NCBI RefSeq assembly: GCF_006345805.1
Contig: NW_021836199.1
Location: 1 to 25,864 of the forward strand
DNA: 25,864 nt
Source of the DNA: Octopus sinensis
Lineage: Eukaryota
Direction of reading: 5' to 3'
Position numbers and translations under genes: made by a program. The notes beneath the pieces were generated by a model that was given only the letters and a program-made list of their open reading frames with translations, did not search any database and had not been told where the DNA came from. Of the stretch, positions 11,695 through 21,756 are shown piece by piece; position 1 is the first letter of the stretch; each line of letters begins with the position of its first letter.

Positions 11695-12200
11695 GTTATT
11701 ATTCAGTTTTATTTCAAGGTTTCTTGCCAATAGAGAAAGAGCCAGCTTCTAACCCAAGCTCTTTCAATGGAACTTCAACGACATCGACATGATATTTTTG
11801 TATGTATGTATATGCGCAGATTTGTATGTTTTGTTTTATGTATGGTTTCTCATGCATATAGTAGCATATCTAGACATGCTCTAGAAATGATAAATTCCCG
11901 GAAAGTTTTGCAGATTTTTACAGTTCTAGTGATGGCATGGATTTGTAGTCTTCGAATCAGCTTTCTAGGTTCTGGTTTTGAGAAGCTTAATTTCTCGAGA
12001 TTGGTATTTAGGCAGCGTGTTACATAGCCCAGTAACATGATCTTGTAATCTGGATAGAGTAACTACAATTTTTTCTATAATTCAGCGTAGGTATTTTTCT
12101 TTCGCTGATCTTTAGCTTTATATTAATATCCGCTGGGCAGCTGATTCCCACAACTGTACACAGTGTCTCTTCTCTATCCCAAATCATTATGTCAGGTCTA
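11694..12200 (-). mobile_element. 3' fragment of an RLE-type (R2 superfamily, R4/Dong-like) non-LTR retrotransposon, copy 2
   Basis: Translation across frameshifts RPDIMIWDREETLCTVVGISCPADINIKLKISE ... NTYAEL ... LLYPDYKIMLLGYVTRCLNTNLEKLSF ... RKLIRRLQIHAITRTVKICKTF; RPDI...CP.D.N...EK..Y is the PD-(D/E)xK restriction-like endonuclease signature. Confidence 0.8.
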
Positions 12201-12869
12201 ATGTATGTATGTATGTATGTATGTATGTATGTATGTATGTATGTATGTATGTATGTATGTATGTATGTATGTATGCATGCATGTATGTATGTATGTATGT
12301 ATGTATGTATGTATGTATGTATGTATGTGTAATATTTATAAGAATATATTTCCATATTTTCCAGCTCTTGTTGGAAAATAGTTCGCTGGTCATAAGCTTG
12401 ACAGAGGTCATGCAATTTCGAATTTTTATTTATTTTGCTAATGTATTTATCTATTTATGTTCCAGAAATTTTTAATTTCTCTACGATATTTGTAAAATCA
12501 AAATCAAGAAAACTTGCACTTTTGGAAAAATTATTACAATTTCTTTTTTTATATCCAAAAATAATGAATGAGAAAACGCCAAAATTACCATATGCGTGAA
12601 ATTAATTATTGCAGATCAAATGCAAAGATAAAACACCAAAACCAATTAAAGATCAAATCAATCACAATTATGGATATTTTAATTTTAATTCGAATAACAT
12701 TCTGTCTTTCTATAAAATGAGGATTATTTTCAACTTTGATCTCTGTAGAAATGTGTGACGAGTGGAAGACAGTTATACCAATATTGTCCTTACCTTTTAG
12801 AAGCATACACACATATAGAAATATAATCATTCATATGTATGTATGCATGTATGTATGTATGTATGTATA

Positions 12870-12900
<31 letters not shown>

Positions 12901-12959
12901 CATATATATATACACGCACATACACACATATATACATACATATATACATATATATGTGC

Positions 12960-13001
<42 letters not shown>

Positions 13002-13791
13002 TTATTTATTAATAGGCATACACAAAAAACATAAAAATAGAGAGAGGAGGAGAGAGAGAGATGAGATAGAAAGAAATATTTTGGACCAGACTAAATATAA
13101 AAAACTAATTTTAAAATTTAATAATCATTAATAAAAAAAATTTAAACTTGAATACAGACATGTCTGTAACATATTTTTCAAAAATCTTATCCACGTTTGT
13201 GTGTACGTGCGCGCGTGTGTGTATTTATGCATTCGGCACCATGAAGTTTTGTTGGCTTGTAGAACGAACCTAGCTCGTCGGGCATTTAAAGGTCAATTAA
13301 TACGAAATGAGACAAGAGTTGACCAATAGAGGCCTAACATCTAGAAGCCATCTTGAATTTGTCTCATTTCCGATGACTTGGTACCTAAACAGGGATGGAG
13401 AATAAACGAGCTTTAAACTACTTAAAATATGATTGTGACATATTTTAACTTCTAAAGTAAAATTCACTGCAGTTACTGTGAAGAAAAAATTCTCTTTTGT
13501 GGTAAAAGGTGAAAAGCACATCATCCCTCTCTTCAGTATTTCCAACTGAGGAAGTCTAAAGAGCCAGAAGCGTGCTTCTGGGAATCCACTTGAGGGCAGC
13601 ACTGGGCAGATATGGTGCTTTACCATAAGAGATTTTTTTCTCCACGATAACTGCTGTGCATTTGCTATTAGAATTTAAAATATGTTATAAACATATTTCA
13701 TCTAACCTAAAGTTCGTATATATAAGGCAGTGCAAGCATTTGTAAGTTGAACTGATTAATTAATTAAAGAATTATACAACGATGTAATAAA

Positions 13792-14105
13792 TATCACCGT
13801 GATCACCGTGACCGACCAGGCTATCAGATGTTGCTACACATCGCTGGTCACAATACGCTTCGCATTGCTTTAGCCTTCAAATGACGCCACCCCGCTGGCT
13901 AAGCGAGCAAACCAACAGAAGAAAGAGTGAGAGAAAGTTGTGGCGAAAGAGTACAGCAGGGATCGCCACCACCCCCTGCAGGAGCCTCGTGGAGCTTTAA
14001 GGTGTTTTCGCTCAATTAAACACTCACAACGCCCGGTCTGGGTATCGAAACCGCAATCCTACGACCGCGAGTCCGCTGCCCTAACCACTGGGCCATTGCA
14101 CCTCC
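13792..14105 (-). mobile_element. tRNA-derived SINE, family C, full length
   Basis: Minus head GGAGGTGCAATGGCCCAGTGGTTAGGGCAGCGGACTCGCGGTCGTAGGATTGCGGTTTCGATACCC (A and B boxes); tail (GTGATCACG)-like repeats. Confidence 0.85.
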
Positions 14106-14152
14106 ACGTGATAAATATATTATATTATTCTTGTCAGTCGTATCTGTTTACA

Positions 14153-14368
14153 CTCTTTATTCTTTACTCTTTTACTTGTTTCAGTCATTTGACTGCGGCC
14201 ATGCTAGAGCACCGCCTTTAGTTGAGCAAATCGACCCCAGGACTTATTCTTTGTAAGCCTAGTACTTATTCTATCAGTCTCTTTTGTCGAACCGCTAAAT
14301 TACGGGAACGTAAACACACCAGCATCGGCTGTCAAGCGATGGTGGGGGGAACAAACATAGACACAGAA

Positions 14369-14415
<47 letters not shown>

Positions 14416-14580
14416 CATATATACGACGGGTTTCTTTCAGTTTCCGTGTACAAATCCACTCACAAGGCTCTGGTCGGCCCGAGGCTATAGTAGAAGACAC
14501 TTGCCTAAGGTGCCACGCAATGGGACTGAACCCGGAACTATGTGGTTGGTAAGCAAGCTACTTACCACACAGCCACTCCT
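14153..14580 (-). mobile_element. tRNA-derived SINE, family A, full length
   Basis: AGGAGTGGCTGTGTGGTAAGTAGCTTGCTTACCAACCACATAGTTCCGGGTTCAGTCCC head; internal (CA)n(TA)n; homologous to 1431-1830. Confidence 0.9.
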
Positions 14581-15480
14581 ACGCCTTACAGTAGATAATT
14601 CCTTTCTGTGGTCGACCATTTATTCAACCGTGATTGTTTGCTGTGATCACAAGATTGATGCTGTGCAGCTCACTGCTAAAAACCACGTTACGGCAGATAG
14701 TATGGTAGCCGAATGGTTATGGATGTGAGCACTTACTTTAAATCACTAATATTTACATTTAATTCTTTCACCCTCACAACGAAGATGTATTTACCTTACA
14801 TTCTATCGGATTGCGTTAACAAAACAGAAGAGAATATATCAGAAATTGGATGCCCCAAATATTCCGACAATAGCCTTCTCACAACTTAAGTATGGAAGAA
14901 CATATATTTATCTGATCAGACAGCCAGAATATAGTCATATGTGTATGCATGATTGTACGAATGTATTTATTTTTCTCATCTTTCATATGTGTACACTTTT
15001 TTTATTTATATATGTATGCGTGTGTGTGTGTGGTGTGTGTGTGTGTATGTGTGTGTGTGTGTGTGAAGGTGTATTTAGTATATCTTTTAATCAAGGTGTA
15101 TATAAGAGTTATGTGCCTTTTTTGTATATATATATATATATATATATATATTCATATGTTGTGCCCAACTGCAAAAACACTCACGCACTCATATGCATAC
15201 ATCATACATGTAATCTGCGTGTATGCATAAATGTATATGAGTAAATATATATATGCATGATGTTTGTATGTGTGTGCATGTATGTGTATCTGTATGCTTG
15301 CATAATTGTATGCATGTGTGTATATTTGCATGTATTTAAAGCAAACTAGATGAACCAGATAGGGGAGGGCTATAGATCGTATGGGGCCAGTCTCAATCAA
15401 CACAAAAGGGTCAACGTTGTTACAAGAACAACAACCAATATTTAAACACTTTCCTCCTCCTCCTATACACACACTACTGT

Positions 15481-15518
<38 letters not shown>

Positions 15519-16319
15519 ATACTACTCATCCCCTGTACACCTTCTGACACGCCATGATATTACATCACCTCCCAAGCTTCGCAAAACAAGCACCACTACC
15601 GCCATCACCAGACACACCTACGCCCTTCAGAATGCTCACCATCTCTTGCCTCATTCGGCCTGTTTTGTGTTTGCATGCAAGAGAGCGAAAAAGCATTGCC
15701 GGTGGCCATGTTTGGAGCAAGGACTGCGTATGTGCCAGCAAGAAATTGTTGTTGTTTGTTGTTGTTGCTGCTGTTGCTGTTGCTGCTGCTGTTGTTGTTG
15801 TTGTTGTTGTTGATATTGTTGCTGTTGTTGTTGTTAATGTCGGTGGTGTTGCTGTTAGGATTAGAGGAGAACAAGAGGCGAAATACAGAGATGACGAGTG
15901 CAGAAAAAAATGGCGACCAGCCATATTCGATAAGCGTCTATAACAAACATGTCATCAGATGCCAGTAGCCTTCGGTTTTGTCATTAATCTTAATAACCGA
16001 CAATACGTCCAGTCAACCTTCTCATAATCACACCCTCGGCCTTTTTTCTTCCTTTTTTCATTTCGTTCATTTATGATTTCGTACTTTCTTCTCTATCTTA
16101 CTCTCCATCTCTCTTTCTCATTCTCTCTCTTTCTCTCTCTCTCAATCTCTCTCTCCCTTTCTTTTTCTTTCTTTTTGTCTCTCATATTCGTTTTTATGTA
16201 TTTATTTTCGCTATTTCCATTTGTTTTTCTTGTTTTTTTTCGTAGAGGTTGGTTATATATCGTCTGTTTCCACATCGTCTTTCTGCTTCTCTTTTCTTCC
16301 TTTACTACTACTACTACTA

Positions 16320-16383
<64 letters not shown>

Positions 16384-16513
16384 CCTTCCTACTATAGGCA
16401 CAAGGCCCGGAATTTGTGGGGAGGGGGATAGTCGATTACACCGACCCCAGGACTTGACTCGTTCTTAATTTATCGACTCCGAAAGGATGAAAGGCAAAGT
16501 CGACCTCGGTGGA

Positions 16514-16517
<4 letters not shown>
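16384..16517 (-). mobile_element. 5'-truncated family B SINE between (ACT)n/(AAT)n tracts
   Basis: CTACTATAGGCACAAGGCC ... GAAAGGATGAAAGGCAAAGTCGACCTCGG. Confidence 0.85.
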
Positions 16518-16929
<412 letters not shown>

Positions 16930-17150
16930 CATGATAAAAAAATATTCAGACAAATACATAACAAAAACACCAGGACTTACAAACACATATAACATACAGA
17001 AAATTGCACTACTAGGCACTGCACACATCCTACGCAGAACACTTTCCATACAATAACCATCAGAGCATCACAACAAATCACAGCACATACCCAAGGCACA
17101 CAGAGCTGCGCTCGGTAGTGAAGTGAAAGCACGCTATAAAAATAAAACTA

Positions 17151-17192
<42 letters not shown>
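16930..17192 (+). mobile_element. 5'-truncated R4/Dong-like non-LTR retrotransposon 3' end within (TAA)n
   Basis: 16931-17056 encodes MIKKYSDKYITKTPGLTNTYNIQKIALLGTAHILRRTLSIQ* (QK..LLGTAHILR is the typical R4/Dong ORF end); 3' UTR ends AAATAAAACTACTG plus (AAT)n; (AAT)n also lies upstream. Confidence 0.8.
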
Positions 17193-17221
17193 CATGATGA
17201 TGATGATAATAATAACAATAC

Positions 17222-17440
17222 TCCTTTCTACTATAGGCACAAGGCTTGAAATTTTGGGGGAGAGTGGACTAGTCGATCACATCGACACCAATGTTTAACT
17301 GGTATTTAATTTATTGACCCCGAAAGGATGAAAGGCAAAGTCGACCTCTGCCGGCGGAATTGAACTCATAGCTTAAAAACTGACGAAATGCCGCAAAGCA
17401 TTTCGCCCAGTGTGCTAACGATTCTGCCAGTTCGCCGTCT
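17222..17440 (-). mobile_element. Full-length family B SINE with the CCTTGTGCCTATAGTAGAAAGG + (ATT)n-type 3' end
   Basis: Head on plus GTGCTAACGATTCTGCCAGTTCGCCG; central domain shared with 2866-3086. Confidence 0.88.
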
Positions 17441-17443
17441 TAT

Positions 17444-17479
<36 letters not shown>

Positions 17480-17496
17480 ATATAATAATAATAATC

Positions 17497-17533
<37 letters not shown>

Positions 17534-17699
17534 TATATAATAATAATAAATAATAAAATAGTAATAATAATAATAATAATAAAAATAGTATAATAATAAT
17601 AATAATATAATAATATAATAAAATAGTAATAGTAATAATAATAATAATAATAATAAAATAGTAATAATATAATAATAATAAATAGAAATAATAATAATG

Positions 17700-17738
<39 letters not shown>

Positions 17739-18061
17739 TAGTAATAAATAATAATAATATAATAATAATAATATAATAATAATAAAATAGTAATAATAAT
17801 ATAATAAAATAGTAATAATAATATAATAATATAATAATAATAATAATAAAATAGTAATAATAATAATAATATAATATAATAATAAATAATAATAATAATA
17901 AAATAGTAATAATAATATAATAAAATAGTAATAATAATAATGATAATAATAATAATAAATAATAATAATAAAATAGTAATAATAATAATAATAATATAAC
18001 AATAATAATAATAGTAATAATAATAATATATATAATAATAATAATAATAATAATAGTATTA

Positions 18062-18112
<51 letters not shown>

Positions 18113-18245
18113 CTATCACTACCACAACACCACCTACTACCATAACTACAACTATAATTATTATCACACTTCTACAGCAATTATTACAACTGACTACTAC
18201 TAATTATAACTACAATATTATTACAACTACATCCAACAAAACTAC
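17441..18245. repeat. ~0.8-kb degenerate (AAT)n array with recurrent AAAATAGT variant units
   Basis: Directly visible; source of the 250-aa poly-L/I/Y ORF. Confidence 0.95.
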
Positions 18246-18431
18246 TACCTACAACTCTCACTAAAAAATTCCTTATTACTACATGTTTTTTCTGTTTTCT
18301 TTGCTCTTTTGTGTGTGTGTGTTATCCTTAATCGAAAAGAAAACAAGTGACAAAGAGAGAGAAAAAGAGAATAAAAAGAGACAAATCTATATGCGTTATC
18401 GAGGTGGTCTGCTCTTATTCATGCGTGGATT

Positions 18432-18470
<39 letters not shown>

Positions 18471-18744
18471 TCTCTCACGCTTTCTCTCTCTCTCCAATGA
18501 AAGACAAGTAAGTCGAACTCAAAACAGTTCTTTCTCGCATTCATATAGCGTCAAACAAAACCTAGTGTGTTATTATTTGCTGCCCATGCTGTATATTTAA
18601 ATGGTCTCCTCAGGGAACACGCGCTGAGGTCCATTTATGTCCATACCGAATGACCCCCTGGTATTGCCAACTTAGTCACTCTTGGACTACCCTTCTGGAT
18701 TACTTCGGATAACAACAGATCCATTTTATTGTATTATGTACGTA

Positions 18745-19259
18745 CTAGCAGTATCGCCCGGCGTTGCTCGGGTTTGTAAGGGAAATAACTACATAAGCAT
18801 TTTTAGAGAGTTACTTCCTTTATAGATGCCAATTCGGGCTTTCTTAGCCATTTCTGTTTTGGTGTCTTCAAGCCATGAAGTCGTTGTTCTAAAAGAACGC
18901 TGGTCTCCTTGACAACGCATTACGACGTTGATTTCCTTAAACTCCCTTCCCCACAGCTTCACGAGGGAGGGAAGAAGGGGGAGAAGCAAACACAGGTGCA
19001 GGTGTTTGAGCGTGGACGCCAACTCCGCCGCCATCGACACACGAAAAATTATGCATTAAAATGGAATAAAAAATGATGTTAAATTATTTTAAAATCGTAG
19101 ACTCATCGTAGACGCGCGCTAATTGCCAGACGGGCTCGATATTAATCACGACTATAAGATACCCGAATTTGGTTAAACTGCACCGCAAAATGTGGGAGAG
19201 TTAGGAATCTAAATCGTAGGAGACAGACACTCACACAACTACAGTTTTATATATATAGA
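18745..19259 (-). mobile_element. Non-autonomous Helitron, 515 bp, apparently complete
   Basis: Minus strand: A|TCTATATATATAAAACTG ... CCCGAGCAACGCCGGG (GC-rich hairpin, plus 18757-18772) CGATACTGCTAG|T. This gives a 5' TC, a 3' CTAG, an A-T target and no TSD. Confidence 0.85.
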
Positions 19260-20178
19260 TATGTGTATCTCGCTAACATTTTCTCTCTTTTTGTCCCACT
19301 CGCTTGTTCTCCCTGTCACTCTTTCTTTCTGTTCCTTTCTTACGTTTCCTCTAATCAACTTGTTTCTTGTGCTTTGCCGCTGCTTCTGCTCCCTAGCCAA
19401 TTCCAACATTCCTTCATTCTGTCTTTCATACACCGAACGTAGGTCATTTGTTCTTAAATTCTTCCCTTTATTTTTGTATAGTGACGAATGTTTTATTCTC
19501 ATTTCTTTTTCACTGGTACTTTCTACTTCCCGTGCCCAGTTAAAAGACTATAATCATATTTGTTAAATTATTACTAGTGTCTGTCTGTAATTTTCATCTC
19601 ATTTGTTGATTTCTTCAATATTCTAAGTCTTTTTCTTTGTAATATCTACCACCTCACTGATATTTGCAATCACTGTAGGCACGGGCAGAGGAGTACTTCA
19701 GTGGGATTAAACTCTTCGGATTCTAAAAGTGCCGAAACTACACTGATTCTGGTCTTCATAGCTGATGACAGGTTTTTCATGTTTAGTTATCCTTTTCTAT
19801 TAAATGTTCTCGTATCTTAATTTTATTTTGGTTATAGGTATGTATGTATGTGTATGTGTGTGTATGCATGTATGTATGTGTGTATATGTGTGTGTGCGTG
19901 TGTGTGTGTCCGTATGTGCGAATGTGTGACCCTGTGCGGGGGTAACGTGAGTGCGTGTATGTATAAGAACATATATGCAAATTACATGAGAAAACTCAAA
20001 TATTGATATTACGTATTAATTTGTCCCAGACACGTGTTTCTGATAATACCTCGTATCGTTGTCAGTGGAAAAAAAATTGCTTTTTTAGCAGATTTATTTC
20101 GATGCCACTCGAGCAGTTTCATATTGCTGACAGTGGAAAGGATAAAATGGATTTATGATCCACACCTTCCGACCGAAA

Positions 20179-20302
20179 ATATTATTGTTCTATTTTCATA
20201 TAGCAAGCACTCTGTTACACTAGCTAAGACACGCTTATATATTATTGTTCTATTTTCATATAGCAAGCACTCTGTTACACTAGCTAAGATATGCTTATAT
20301 AT
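20179..20302. repeat. 60-bp tandem duplication (2 copies)
   Basis: ATATTATTGTTCTATTTTCATATAGCAAGCACTCTGTTACACTAGCTAAGA at 20179 and 20239. Confidence 0.95.
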
Positions 20303-20324
20303 GTATGTGCATGCAAAATTTTTT

Positions 20325-20642
20325 ATCTTTTACTTATTGGAGCCCTATCTTCAAGAATTTTTTATTCGAATGAATCGACCCATGTACTTATTTTTTTAAA
20401 GCCTCATATTTATTCTATCGATTCTTTCGCCGAACCGCTAAATTACGGAGATGTAAAAACACCAGCACCGGTTGTCAAGCGGTGCTGGGGAACAAACACA
20501 AGCGCAAAGACACACACACGTACATACACACACATACACACACACATACATACATAATACATACATACATACATAATAAATACATACATACATATACATA
20601 CATACATACGTAGATACATACATACATACATACATATATATA

Positions 20643-20682
<40 letters not shown>

Positions 20683-20785
20683 CAGGCTTCTTTCAGTTTC
20701 CGTCCACCATATCCACTCACAAGGCTTTAGTAGAAAACACTTGCCCTAGGTGCCACGCAGTGGGACTGAATTCGGAGCCATGTGT
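20325..20785 (-). mobile_element. Diverged family A SINE with an expanded internal microsatellite and eroded head
   Basis: GCCGAACCGCTAAATTACGG ... CCGGTTGTCAAGCG ... CTTCTTTCAGTTTCCG ... GGTGCCACGCAGTGGGACTGAA; the left boundary is approximate. Confidence 0.8.
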
Positions 20786-21756
20786 GTAATATCTTCTATA
20801 AACCTACATTATTACCATCATAGGCATTCTATGATCCTCTATAAATCACTCCTAACTCTGAAATTTCTAACTCGAAGAAGGGAGACTATTTTTTGCATAC
20901 CGTCTATCTGCTGCCACTGATTGATCCTAATACAAACTGGTGACAGCCCTATCCATCGGTATTTAGCAGTCAGTGACAAATACCTTCTACTAACAACCAA
21001 TACCAGTCGTCAATGAAGAACTCCATCAAGTGGTATGAATTAATCAATGAACTGGCTAATTAGTTCAGAGTACAGTTAGTTTAGATCATGAATGGAACCA
21101 GTTTTACTTATCAAATGACTATCAGCTTTACATAGAAGCAGTGAAAGTCTTGTTCTCAAAAGCATCGAGCGACGGTTCCGGAATGGTTTTCGCACTCCTA
21201 TGAAACTTGAAGTAATACAATTCTGTGTCGAACTGTTTATACAATTAGAGATAAATTCTATAAAACGAGTCGAATTGAGTGTTTTTCTTTCATTTGTAAA
21301 CCATTGCATACCTGTATGTGTGTATGAATTCATTATGGCAGATAGATAGATAAATAGATATGTTTCTTTATTAGCCACACAGGGCTGCACACAGATAGAA
21401 CAAATTACAAGGTAGAGCTTTTCTTTTGAGGTTTAAAAAAAAAAAAAAAAAAAAATGGGAAAGGGGTTTCGATCAAAAGGGATCGTAAAAGGAGAGAAAG
21501 AGGACAAAAAAAGGGGGGGTTGGGTTAAAAAAAAAAAAAAAAAAAGGGGGGAGAGAAAAAAAAATGATCAATAGGGATCGTTATCACAGAAATGTCAATA
21601 TGAAGTGTAAAGGGAGGACAGGTGAGGTTTACCCGTGGAAAGAAAGCCTACGGAAAAGACCACGGTAACCTCGGTCAATGAAGTCACATTTTTATTTCTT
21701 TTTTTTTTTTTTTTTTTTTTTGCAAATAAGCAACTCTCTGTTTTCGATTTCTGGGT

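Larger units (their letters stand above)
10803..12328. repeat. Tandem duplication (period 737-738 bp) embedded in (TATG)n arrays
   Basis: Unique blocks 10956-11462 and 11694-12200 appear identical except for two 1-bp homopolymer indels; the compound microsatellite before each is also duplicated. Confidence 0.95.

Noticed and set aside
13297-13626. 109-aa non-repetitive ORF with an 8-bp palindrome at 13564-13581
   Set aside because: No recognisable motif or splice support; the length is compatible with chance.
14030-14105. tRNA gene
   Set aside because: The A and B boxes are a SINE head continuing into SINE body; no convincing acceptor stem. The same applies to the other SINE heads.
17415-18167. 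Longest ORF in the track (250 aa, poly-L/I/Y)
   Set aside because: Reverse-strand translation of (AAT)n.
19239-19790. Charged, coiled-coil-like minus-strand ORF pieces
   Set aside because: Purine-rich compositional bias, stops between pieces and no motif.
20950-21300. Possible decayed gag-like coding sequence (KWYEL ... NLK*YNSV)
   Set aside because: Several stops and only weak pattern similarity.
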